The notes: generated from the sequence alone by a model not told the origin. Positions 32,681 through 41,678 are shown, counted from the first letter of the stretch. The stretch is DNA of 64,000 nt from Alphaproteobacteria bacterium (GCA_965204765.1 CBDBFG010000002.1:73910-137909); one strand, 5' to 3'. Made by a program: numbers and translations.

Positions 32681-33121
32681 CTATTGGTAAAATACATGAT
32701 TACCTATCTCCAACTGATATTTCTTACCATTTGACCATTCTGGGAATTTAGACATTTTTTTACTATGATAATTAATGGAACCACCTGTAAGATCAGGCCA
32801 TTGATCAGTTAACACTTTTTCGGCCACATGCAAACAAATATCAAATATCTTATCGTCCCCCTTTTTGACATTACTAATAATTGCATAATTGGGATCTCTG
32901 GGATTCCAACACGAAAATTGATAAGGTTTTCTACATACCTCTTGTACTGTTGTGCCATACCATTTTTTCTTACTCTTGACCCTATTCATAATAACATTAG
33001 CAACTGAGATAAGAGAAGATAAACCACCATTCTTCTGATAATACTCTCCTCGTGATTCACCGTATATAGTACGCGCCATTAATTCTTTTTCTATAGCACT
33101 ATGTTTATTGTCTCTTGTCAT
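32681..33121 (-). CDS. SleB-type cell wall hydrolase (Hydrolase_2 family)
   Basis: ARTIYGESRGE...VANVIMNR...YQFSCWNP motifs characteristic of SleB-like phage and spore-cortex lytic enzymes. Confidence 0.85.
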   Translation of the reverse strand: MTRDNKHSAIEKELMARTIYGESRGEYYQKNGGLSSLISVANVIMNRVKSKKKWYGTTVQEVCRKPYQFSCWNPRDPNYAIISNVKKGDDKIFDICLHVAEKVLTDQWPDLTGGSINYHSKKMSKFPEWSNGKKYQLEIGNHVFYQ

Positions 33122-33266
33122 TCTTCCCCTCTGTTTTAATTAAATATAGCTTTTATTTTCATTACTGCCGTAAAATTATAAATTACTATACGACCATCCA
33201 TATATGCTTCTCTCAAATTATTATTGAAGCTATAGTGCAGGTATCATCATGTAAAAATCCTAAATT

Positions 33267-33629
33267 TTACAATTCCAACATAACAACACAATTAGTTAAA
33301 TCATCATCAAAATGAACTCCGCTTATATGGCTAGTTCTGCAGTAATATATTGTCTTATTTATTGTACACAGATCATACACTTCATACTGTTTATTACTTT
33401 GCCAAACTCCTGTTGGATTAAAAGTTAACATAGGCATCTCTGCCCGATAAATCTCATCACCAGCATGATTTTTAAATACCAACTCTACACCCTCAAGACT
33501 AATTGCAGATAAAGTATTGATACTTTCTCCTCCCTCTAATGAATTTAATCTACTATCTAATTCACGAAAATTATTATCAATTTCAACGATAGATAATGGA
33601 CTACCCTTTTCTTGCCTATAAATGATCAT
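33267..33629 (-). CDS. mini fibre/receptor-binding-like protein (fibre N-motif + CBM5/12-like C-terminus)
   Basis: N-terminus GSPLSIVEIDNNFRELD resembles the anchor motif of many phage fibres. The C-terminus WQSNKQYEVYDLCTINKTIYYCRTSHIS aligns to the CBM5/12 pattern W-x5-Y-x3-(D/Q)-L-x-T-x-N-x-x-x-Y-x-C-x3-H-x-S. Confidence 0.45.
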   Translation of the reverse strand: MIIYRQEKGSPLSIVEIDNNFRELDSRLNSLEGGESINTLSAISLEGVELVFKNHAGDEIYRAEMPMLTFNPTGVWQSNKQYEVYDLCTINKTIYYCRTSHISGVHFDDDLTNCVVMLEL

Positions 33630-33749
33630 GAGTATCTCTCCCTATGTGCAAATTAATCAAATTACGAAAATACCAATTAACAGAAATGTTATAAATAACC
33701 ATGTACTGAATTAATCAAAAACGATCTATAAAATAATACGAAAGTATGA

Positions 33750-34625
33750 CTACTTTTCTGCGATAAAATTTATTAATAATTGCCTTTTAACACGATTCAC
33801 CACCTTATAACCATTAGAGACATATCTTCTGTTATCATGACTCATTATTGTAATTTTCCCAGAATCTACATCTTCCCCTAATGAGGTAATATTTGGTTCC
33901 ATAATGTCTATCATTGTATAACAACAATCATTTACCATATGGCTAGACTCTACTTCTATACCGTGCTTTTGTGTCCAATTATGAGAAGTAAATAATAACG
34001 ATGTTTTCTCATTTTCAATGTTTGGATAGCACAAGCAATATGATTGAATACATTTGTTTAAATCTAGATTGCCACCTAATACACCACCCATAGGTATTAA
34101 TGGTGTAGAATCTTTGTAAACTTTACTAGATAAGGAACAAATTGTATTCAATCTACCATCACCCTCATCTATTTCATCTTTAAAAGAAATCTGGTCTAAT
34201 TCAGGAAGAATAAAATCTTTCTCATACAATATTGCAGGAATACCAAAATCTTTACTATTTTCTATACTTGTTAAAAACCCATTATTATTTTTATAACATT
34301 TATTAGCAAAAATTATTGTTAATCCAGAATAACCGTGCCTGATATTATAAGATTCAGAATCAGCAATACTAGTAGAGGCATACGCCATACCCTTCTGGTA
34401 TTGAAAAGTTATATTTCCACATCGATCTATTAAGGATGACTTAGGCACAATATCCGCCGACACAATAAACTGTTGCATACCAGAATCTAACTCAATATCT
34501 AGCAAAACATTCTTTGAACTCTGAGTATCTAAATCACGACGTTTATATTTTTTACTACCAAGATATGATAACGAGTCTACTGTAACAGTGGTATACTGAC
34601 CATTTAAGTAATTAAGTATATTCAT
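33750..34625 (-). CDS. hypothetical phage-cluster protein (291 aa)
   Basis: Abuts the upstream 575-aa ORF (4-nt gap) and is co-oriented with it. No motif recognised. Confidence 0.4.
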   Translation of the reverse strand: MNILNYLNGQYTTVTVDSLSYLGSKKYKRRDLDTQSSKNVLLDIELDSGMQQFIVSADIVPKSSLIDRCGNITFQYQKGMAYASTSIADSESYNIRHGYSGLTIIFANKCYKNNNGFLTSIENSKDFGIPAILYEKDFILPELDQISFKDEIDEGDGRLNTICSLSSKVYKDSTPLIPMGGVLGGNLDLNKCIQSYCLCYPNIENEKTSLLFTSHNWTQKHGIEVESSHMVNDCCYTMIDIMEPNITSLGEDVDSGKITIMSHDNRRYVSNGYKVVNRVKRQLLINFIAEK

Positions 34626-34628
34626 GCA

Positions 34629-36356
34629 TTAGCCATTATTGAGCAATTCTATTTGTTTTGGAGGATAATACTTTTCTGGAACACTGATATTAATCTGATC
34701 TTTTAATAAAGACCTACTATGAATTTTCTTTAAAGAAATTTTTACTCTAGTTTTACATTGCTGCATAACCTTGGGCAAATTATTTACAATGCCATTACAT
34801 GATACACTATCAATGTATTCTTCTTGCTCATCAGCATGATACTGCAAATTTATATCCTCTACTATATCAGATGCCAATAACCTCTCTGGATACATAACAT
34901 ACTCCTTATCCTCACAAGATCTGTAATCCAGATATCGTACACCAGCCTGCGTAGATAATAACTTATCCCCTAAGCTATAATCATTGCCAAACGCATTATC
35001 TTCGGCATAACGATTACCTTCAAAAAAATATTGCTGTCGATCACTTCCTATTGCAGAAGCAATAGTTATATATGCCAAGTTTATACCATTATTGGCTTTA
35101 AAGTTTATCTTCTTTATTTTTCCAACAACACAGCCTCCAGGTATCCTTTTATCTCTTATTTTAATCGTACTATCACAATCTAACGCAATTGCTACGTCCC
35201 AAGGACAACAAAAACTAATCTCTACACACCGCGAACTAAATGCCAAATATGCCTTTGCTATGTCCATTGCTCTATCCACACATTTTTTACCTTCATCAGT
35301 AATAAAAAAACTACCTTTTTTCTGAGTAAAAGACTGTGAATCCACTATATCATCAACACTATAAAGTTTAATATTTAATACCTTGGTTTTGCTGGGGCTA
35401 TATTGAAAATCTTGCACTCCACTTTGTAAGGTAAAGTTAACAGTTTCTGACCTTGGTTGTATATATTCCCAACCCAATTTTAAATAAGGACGAAAAGAGC
35501 GTTTCTTTAAACTTATAGTTTTTGTAGAATGCGATAATGAATTATATTCATCACACATGTTATCAAAACGACTAATAGTAATTTTTTTCTCCTCTAAAGA
35601 GGAAGATATTTCAGTAAGATCAGATTGTAATATCTGGTAGCCATTATTATAATTGTTCTCTATTTTCCACCAATTTTCTAATAGATTATTCCCTGTATAT
35701 GTTTGGATAACTTGGTTGTGAAAATGTGAATGAAAAATGTGATCTAAATTACTTGCCCCATCGTAATATTGCAACCAATTAGCCACTAAATTAACAGTAA
35801 TATTGTTCAAAGGAGAATGTAATATTTTTATTTTTAATGATTTAGGTAAAAAATGCTTACTAATGTCAATCTCTTTACTACCATAAAAAATATTTGATAA
35901 ACCTAATTTATCTTCATATCTATGCCAATATAACAACTCCTCTCGATTATCCAACATATCTTCTATTGCAGGCTGATCTGTATGATAATTATTTGAAAAT
36001 AACTCATTCCATTTTTCATTTTCTTTTAATTGTATCAACAGATTTTGGTAAAGATGCTCTTTCTTTTCGGTGATTGCTAAAAATTCCAATACAACTGTGT
36101 GCTGTTTGATATCAATAGGGCAATTAACTAATCTACCCTTAAAGACAGGATAGATCCTATCTTTATGCTTTGCACTTATAATTGCAAAACTTTCTTTTAC
36201 TAATCCTAATCTCTTGTGCTTAATTGTAATTTGTGCATAAGGAATTAAACCCTCTTCTTCCAAAATATTAATAGCAAATATTTCTTCGTCATATCGACAA
36301 TGAACATTCTGATCAAATGCTTCATCCGCAGCAACCCAAGCAAAATAAAATATCAT
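34629..36356 (-). CDS. hypothetical phage-cluster protein (575 aa)
   Basis: Largest ORF of the cluster, co-oriented. No motif recognised. Too short and not repeat- or coiled-coil-like enough to be a tape measure. Confidence 0.4.
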   Translation of the reverse strand: MIFYFAWVAADEAFDQNVHCRYDEEIFAINILEEEGLIPYAQITIKHKRLGLVKESFAIISAKHKDRIYPVFKGRLVNCPIDIKQHTVVLEFLAITEKKEHLYQNLLIQLKENEKWNELFSNNYHTDQPAIEDMLDNREELLYWHRYEDKLGLSNIFYGSKEIDISKHFLPKSLKIKILHSPLNNITVNLVANWLQYYDGASNLDHIFHSHFHNQVIQTYTGNNLLENWWKIENNYNNGYQILQSDLTEISSSLEEKKITISRFDNMCDEYNSLSHSTKTISLKKRSFRPYLKLGWEYIQPRSETVNFTLQSGVQDFQYSPSKTKVLNIKLYSVDDIVDSQSFTQKKGSFFITDEGKKCVDRAMDIAKAYLAFSSRCVEISFCCPWDVAIALDCDSTIKIRDKRIPGGCVVGKIKKINFKANNGINLAYITIASAIGSDRQQYFFEGNRYAEDNAFGNDYSLGDKLLSTQAGVRYLDYRSCEDKEYVMYPERLLASDIVEDINLQYHADEQEEYIDSVSCNGIVNNLPKVMQQCKTRVKISLKKIHSRSLLKDQINISVPEKYYPPKQIELLNNG

Positions 36357-36387
36357 AAAACACCCAAAATTTAAGATAATATATATT

Positions 36388-36912
36388 TTAAATCTCTTCT
36401 AAAGATATAGACCAGTTATTGGATTTTCCCCATTCACGCTCCAAGATAGCGAAATTTATTATCCTCATATATAATATAGGAGAATAAATTGCTATTAAAT
36501 CATCCGTCATAGAAGAGTTAATTTTTATAGTATTATCACCAACTATCTCATAATCTACGCTATGCAAATTTTCATTTTGTAACACGAGGGACTTTTTGAC
36601 AAAAGGCTTACTCAGGCTATATATATCACCATCCAAATTACTTACATCAATTATTTCGGATATCTTACTGACACAATATACTTTAACCGCCTTACCTATC
36701 CAAGACCGAGTAAAACCAGGCACATTTCTATCACTACACCTTATAGTCGAACTGTACTTACCTATCACTTCATTATTCACTAAGTAACACAGTTCTCCAT
36801 TCACGGTCCTAATAAATTGCCCACTATCAATAGGAGATAAAGTTTGCTCTATTTCTCGACAAGACAATAAAGGAAAGGTAACTCCCTCTATACATAATTG
36901 TGATTCATTCAT
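36388..36912 (-). CDS. hypothetical phage-cluster protein (174 aa)
   Basis: ATG at 36912 (MNESQLCIEGVTFPLL...) preferred over the GTG at 36939. No confident family match. Confidence 0.4.
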   Translation of the reverse strand: MNESQLCIEGVTFPLLSCREIEQTLSPIDSGQFIRTVNGELCYLVNNEVIGKYSSTIRCSDRNVPGFTRSWIGKAVKVYCVSKISEIIDVSNLDGDIYSLSKPFVKKSLVLQNENLHSVDYEIVGDNTIKINSSMTDDLIAIYSPILYMRIINFAILEREWGKSNNWSISLEEI

Positions 36913-36920
36913 TTTCTTCT

Positions 36921-37064
36921 CTAAACAAATAAAGACCACCTAGGCAAATTGCAATATTTACTCATTGCTCGCCTACGCAATTGATTTTCCAAGATTTCCG
37001 AAACTATTTCATCCTGATTATAGTAATATTCATCATCTAATAATTTTTCCTTATCATGTTGCAT
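36921..37064 (-). CDS. 47-aa ORF inside the phage cluster (below the ORF-track cutoff)
   Basis: Strong SD AGGAGGAAGCA before the ATG. MQHDKEKLLDDEYYYNQDEIVSEILENQLRRRAMSKYCNLPRWSLFV. Fills the gap between the g8-like and 174-aa ORFs. Confidence 0.35.
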   Translation of the reverse strand: MQHDKEKLLDDEYYYNQDEIVSEILENQLRRRAMSKYCNLPRWSLFV

Positions 37065-37078
37065 TGCTTCCTCCTACT

Positions 37079-37447
37079 CTAATATTTATTCACTAAAAAA
37101 TTAATATTTATAATACTAGTCAATTTACTATCATCTTTACTGAGACCACATGACTGATACTTAAAAACCAAGTCATCATGGTAAACATGGTAAAATTCTA
37201 AACAGTCTATAATTTGTTGTTTAATCGATAAAACCTCAGCCATACCTTTATAATTACTGCATATCTTAAGACAGAATGGTAAAACTGTATTCTGGATATC
37301 GCCAGGAATAAAAACCAGAAACGGCCTAGACAATTCCAAATTCATCACAGTCAATAGTTTTGTATTTTTTAATAATTGATTATATGCAAATACATGTTTT
37401 AAGCGTTGAAAAACTATTTTTTCCATCATCACACTATCAATCCTCAT
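37079..37447 (-). CDS. RcGTA g8-like / DUF3168-like head-tail joining protein (tentative)
   Basis: The call rests on position and size (122 aa, overlapping the gp7 stop). Sequence similarity is weak by eye. Confidence 0.4.
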   Translation of the reverse strand: MRIDSVMMEKIVFQRLKHVFAYNQLLKNTKLLTVMNLELSRPFLVFIPGDIQNTVLPFCLKICSNYKGMAEVLSIKQQIIDCLEFYHVYHDDLVFKYQSCGLSKDDSKLTSIININFLVNKY

Positions 37448-37787
37448 ATCCTATAAATGTCACATAGCTATTATTATTCGAGACATTTTCACTCACCACT
37501 TTTACAATAGTATTTTTATATTCTATTTTAGCATTGTATTGAATGTTTGATCCTTGTTGTGTAGATATTTCAAAAACTCTCTTATGCCTTGTAATAAAGC
37601 CAGAACTATTCTTAATAAAATTATACTTCTGAATATCATGAGAAGAGATAATCCGCACAGATGCCCAAATTTCCTGTTTATCTGACCATTGCAATTCATA
37701 ACCACCAAAATCATCTTCATAGTAGCACGGACTATATACGCGTATCCTATCATCCATACGCTGTTGATTATATTTCATGAATATCAT
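37437..37787 (-). CDS. phage head-tail adaptor (SPP1 gp16 / RcGTA g7-like)
   Basis: 116 aa. DDRIRVYSP...DDFGGYELQWSDKQEIWASVRIISSHD fits the head-tail adaptor pattern (R-x-i-x...G-x...W...vWA-x-v-x-p-x-s). Confidence 0.7.
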   Translation of the reverse strand: MIFMKYNQQRMDDRIRVYSPCYYEDDFGGYELQWSDKQEIWASVRIISSHDIQKYNFIKNSSGFITRHKRVFEISTQQGSNIQYNAKIEYKNTIVKVVSENVSNNNSYVTFIGYED

Positions 37788-37926
37788 CCTCAGTTCTAAA
37801 ATAATAATTATCTGATTTCGATGTTTACGAACAGGCCATTATAAAAACCAATGCAGGGAATACTTAATATTATTGGATGACAATATAATGTCTGATAGAA
37901 TCTAGCAAATTTTCACTATTAAAATT

Positions 37927-38535
37927 CTACCCTAAACGATAGATTTTATAAGGCTTAATAAGTGTAACCACGCTATTATCTATTAACATACTAACGTTAT
38001 CATTTACCGCTGGTCTATTATTATATAAATGAGACAAAATTAACAGCACTGCCTGTTTAAGAGGTGCTGGTAACGTTTCTGAGTCATATCCTGCAATAAA
38101 CTCCAACTTGATAGATCCAGAAGTACAGCTATTTACTAGAGTATTATCACCAAAATGTATTTTTGCCGTACTACCTGACTCATCTACCCTAAAGTTTTCA
38201 ATATCCTTTTCATCATGATTTACAATCAGAGCTGGTAATGATGTTAATTCTATGAATGGTGATCGTGGAAATTCAATTCCTGCTACACCCTTAGATTTTA
38301 TACCACTAAGATACTTTTGATCACTTTTTGCTAATGCAAAACCACAATTAATTGTAAGCATCCATTTTTGTCGCAACAACGATCTAGAAGTATAAGATTC
38401 TATAGACACGCGCGCTGATTGAATCAAGGTATTTATCAATTCATTTTCTACATCATGATCAATTCTTAAAAAACTTTTTGCCTCTTCAAGGCTTACAGGT
38501 TCTTTATCTACTGTACTTATTCTTTTTAGCGCCAT
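37927..38535 (-). CDS. phage gp6-like head-tail connector (phiE125 gp8 / RcGTA g6-like)
   Basis: VSLEEAKSFLRIDHDVENELINTLIQSARVSIESYTSRSLLRQKW and C-terminal LPAPLKQAVLLILSHLYNNR are the classic signatures of this family. Confidence 0.8.
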   Translation of the reverse strand: MALKRISTVDKEPVSLEEAKSFLRIDHDVENELINTLIQSARVSIESYTSRSLLRQKWMLTINCGFALAKSDQKYLSGIKSKGVAGIEFPRSPFIELTSLPALIVNHDEKDIENFRVDESGSTAKIHFGDNTLVNSCTSGSIKLEFIAGYDSETLPAPLKQAVLLILSHLYNNRPAVNDNVSMLIDNSVVTLIKPYKIYRLG

Positions 38536-38840
38536 CTATTCCTCATAATCAATACATAATTATCAATTTTGCCTATATCTATTGATGTTTAAACTAAAAT
38601 AATCCCTAGACTTCCTCTAATTTTTAAAATAACGATCATAAAAACAAACAAACATCACAAAAATATATGTAAAATTTTACTGAATATAACTTTAATATTC
38701 ACCATACAATAACTTTGTATATAAATAGTTAAAACTATAATATTTGATTTATAATCAAGTAAATATAGCAATATTGACAATATTAATCCCATATATTATT
38801 TGCAGCTCTAATGCATACACAAATCTAAACAACGATTTTA

Positions 38841-39944
38841 TTATGCAACTTTTAAGATACTCAAAGCATCAAAATTTATTACATCTCCACCCACTCTTTT
38901 AGTAGTATAAAACTCAACATGCGGTTTTGAACTATAAGGATCACGTAAGACATTCATCCCTTGACGATCAACAATTTGATAAGATTTAGCAAAATTACCA
39001 AAAACTATAGCCAAATTATCACTGCTCTCCAATGATGGCATATCATCGCATATTTCAACATTATAACCTAAAATAGTAGATGGATTACCAGCTCCAACAC
39101 TAGGTTGCCATAAATATCTACCATCATTATCTTGTAATTTCCTTATCTGTGCCAAAGTAGATCTAGACATTAACCAATTCGCATTATGCAAGTACTCGGT
39201 CTTAATCTTAGCATACATATCAATCAATTTATCTGCTAAATTATCATGATCTGCATCATAAGCGACACTAGCAAATTTACCCCATTCTGCATTTTCCACT
39301 GTATCATAACGCAAAATACCCTTAGGTTTATTGTTGCCATCACCATGCAAAAAAGCATGATTTTCTGTCTCTGCCATTTTGCATGCTATTTCCATAGCAA
39401 TCCATTCTTCAACATTAATTGCCGCATCATCCAATAATTTTTGTGTTGCTTTTGGTTTGGCATATATCTCATGTGCTGGAATAACCTTTTTACGCAATTC
39501 TGGTGTATCAGTTTCATCACGAGCATCATTTTCGGCACTCCACCCAACATCAAGATTTTTTCTATGCAATAAAATATCCACAGATGAACTTGATATTTGC
39601 ATTACACTAGATAGCTTACGCACCGGACTTAATCCATCTATATTTTGTTGGATACTATTTCTAATAATTTGGGGTATCAAATAACCACCATCACTATCTG
39701 TACCTGTGGATAGACTTTTCTTATCAAACGAGTGCATCTGATCTGTATTGCCAGATCTAACATAATGCACAAAATAGTTTTTATACTCGACCTCTTGTGA
39801 CCTATCTTCGATTATGTTACCAAGCTCTGGCCTCTTATTAGACAAATGCAATTGCTCTACTTCTTTTATTCGTTGCTCATTTTGAGTTTTATATTCTTGA
39901 AAAGACTGTACCAAGGTATCCACTGTTTTATTTAATGATGACAT
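38841..39944 (-). CDS. HK97-family major capsid protein
   Basis: N-terminal coiled delta/scaffold-like region, DSDGGYLIPQ, ENHAFLHGDGNNKPKGIL, LRDPYSSKPHVEFYTTKRVGG. AGGAG SD before the ATG. Confidence 0.92.
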   Translation of the reverse strand: MSSLNKTVDTLVQSFQEYKTQNEQRIKEVEQLHLSNKRPELGNIIEDRSQEVEYKNYFVHYVRSGNTDQMHSFDKKSLSTGTDSDGGYLIPQIIRNSIQQNIDGLSPVRKLSSVMQISSSSVDILLHRKNLDVGWSAENDARDETDTPELRKKVIPAHEIYAKPKATQKLLDDAAINVEEWIAMEIACKMAETENHAFLHGDGNNKPKGILRYDTVENAEWGKFASVAYDADHDNLADKLIDMYAKIKTEYLHNANWLMSRSTLAQIRKLQDNDGRYLWQPSVGAGNPSTILGYNVEICDDMPSLESSDNLAIVFGNFAKSYQIVDRQGMNVLRDPYSSKPHVEFYTTKRVGGDVINFDALSILKVA

Positions 39945-39961
39945 ATTCTGCTCCTATAATT

Positions 39962-40440
39962 TTATATATTTATATTTGATATTTTGGCTTTATTATTGGC
40001 GGGAAAGGTTACTAAAGAAATTTCTACTAAATCCACTTCTGTTAATAAACGTATACAAGATTCATTACTATTTTTAACAGCCTGTACTACTTATAACCAA
40101 TTGATAACCCATCTATTGCTTTTGATTTCACAAGAGTATATGCTTCTTGTGCTTTTAATAAATCCAGTAATAATCTACCCTTTACTTTTAGCCCTTTATG
40201 GTCTTCTTCGATACTTAACCAAGTACCAATTATATGTTCAGGATTATGTTGCCATAACATCTTAGGCATTTGCTGACATAATTTCCACGATGCAATGGTT
40301 TGCGCAAAAGCACCTCTTACTACTCGATCATTCTGCTGATCAACTTCATCATAAATACTTGCATACCCTTCAAATATTCCTGAATTATCGATACTTTTAT
40401 TTAAACTCACATAGCGTTCTGCACGTTTGAATTCTAGCAT
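39962..40440 (-). pseudogene. HK97-family prohead protease interrupted by a frameshift
   Basis: Frame A (40440-40087) encodes 117 aa ending ...AIDGLSIGYK then TAG. The -1 frame from 40090 continues VVQAVKNSNESCIRLLTEVDLVEISLVTFPANNKAKISNINI to the stop at 39962, i.e. the conserved C-terminal L-x-E-V/I-S-L-V-x-x-P-A-N motif. Confidence 0.8.
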
Positions 40441-41642
40441 TTATCTAAACTATCTCCTCCTACTATTGGTTGATATCCAACTGCTTTTCTTTTTTCATTT
40501 ATTGTTAAAAAATCAGCCTTGGCAATCTTGGCCCATGCTTCCTCTCGTTTAGAAGAAAGTGCTGGTATAGAATCAATATCATAATTTAATCTAATATCTT
40601 CTCCAAACCACTGTGCTAACCAAGCGTTTAACTCATCAGTGACTAAATCTAACAAAGGCAAAATATTATCTTCCCATAAATGTAATCGAGCTTCTTTATA
40701 ATTTGCAAAAGTTGCATCCCCTAAAATACCTATTAAAATTGGAGGGACATTAAATGCCTGAGAAATTTCTCTAGAACTCAAATTTTTACCAGAAATAAAA
40801 TCTAAATCTTTAGGAGACAATCCCATCTCTTGCCAAACAAAATCACCATCAAGTATCATTACGCGACCTGAATTTTTTTCTCCTTCAATGATATTTTTCA
40901 AATCTGTTCTTAATTCAGTTAGTTGCTCTTTGGTTAATGATTCTTTGTATGCACCAGAGGATTTATTGACAATTAACGCTCCAGAAGGCCTACCACCATT
41001 TTGTAACAAAGATAAATTATGACTAGCCACCGCATTATGCTGATCTATTGAACAAGCAGCTGCTTCAATAGGACTCATACCATACCAATCATTTAAGGGA
41101 TTAAATAATTTAATGTGCAATACTCTAGATTTACCACTAGCAAAATTCGCTGGTAACAATTTTGTTCTACCATTGACATTATATTCATATCCAGAAACTA
41201 CACCATTTGAACTTGGCACTATTTTTACTCTATCAGGGCGCAGAACATACATTTCTTTAGGCAAACTAGCAATCTCAGATAGTTCAATATAACTATTACC
41301 CGCCAATAATAAATAAGCAAAAATAGATTCCATAAATGCACTACCAGCCTGATTGAAAGCTGGTCGATGCAATAAATCTAATATTGGATGATTGGTTAGC
41401 TCTTGCTCTCCCTTATACAATCTCCATGGCACACTAGCAGCACTTCTTGCAATCAGATTAACACATCGATAAACTATGACATTTTTATTATATCCATGCT
41501 TAGTTAGTGATTCATAATTTCTAGGAGTCCATATAGCTTTACCAACATTATTATACGCCACCATTGAACCAACCTGACTGGCTTTTACATCTTGATGATT
41601 GTTATTTTTTTTACGTGTAAATAATTGCGCTAAAATGCTCAT
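40434..41642 (-). CDS. HK97-family phage portal protein
   Basis: 402 aa. NDWYGMSPIEAAACSIDQHNAVASHNLSLLQNGGRPSGAL and later ILGD...NYKEARLHLWEDNILP fit the HK97 portal family. Overlaps the protease start. Confidence 0.9.
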   Translation of the reverse strand: MSILAQLFTRKKNNNHQDVKASQVGSMVAYNNVGKAIWTPRNYESLTKHGYNKNVIVYRCVNLIARSAASVPWRLYKGEQELTNHPILDLLHRPAFNQAGSAFMESIFAYLLLAGNSYIELSEIASLPKEMYVLRPDRVKIVPSSNGVVSGYEYNVNGRTKLLPANFASGKSRVLHIKLFNPLNDWYGMSPIEAAACSIDQHNAVASHNLSLLQNGGRPSGALIVNKSSGAYKESLTKEQLTELRTDLKNIIEGEKNSGRVMILDGDFVWQEMGLSPKDLDFISGKNLSSREISQAFNVPPILIGILGDATFANYKEARLHLWEDNILPLLDLVTDELNAWLAQWFGEDIRLNYDIDSIPALSSKREEAWAKIAKADFLTINEKRKAVGYQPIVGGDSLDKC

Positions 41643-41656
41643 AATTTCCTCACAAA

Positions 41657-41678
41657 AAGGCCCGCTATAGCGGGCCTT
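41657..41678 (-). terminator. GC-rich hairpin + U-tract 13 nt upstream of the portal ATG (minus-strand sense)
   Basis: GGCCCGC-tata-GCGGGCC. On the minus strand it is followed by TTTTTGTGAGGAAATTATG (the portal SD and start). Confidence 0.4.

Larger units (their letters stand above)
32109..41642 (-). mobile_element. phage-derived (RcGTA/HK97-like) head + unknown distal module + lysis cluster; defective prophage or GTA-like element
   Basis: Thirteen co-oriented, tightly packed ORFs from portal to holin-like. No integrase, replication or repressor genes were recognised. Component evidence is given in the individual features. Confidence 0.7.

Noticed and set aside
37788-38840. CtrA boxes (TTAA-N7-TTAA) upstream of the phage-cluster genes and terL
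   Set aside because: Only N6, N8 or half-site variants were seen (for example TTAA-ATAGCT-TTAA at about 41710). They cannot be distinguished from the AT-rich background.
40080-40095. Programmed -1 ribosomal frameshift in the prohead protease
   Set aside because: The only permissible shift site (T-TAT-AAG-TAG) is not a slippery heptamer, and no downstream pseudoknot or hairpin was evident. A mutation or a sequencing indel is the simpler explanation.
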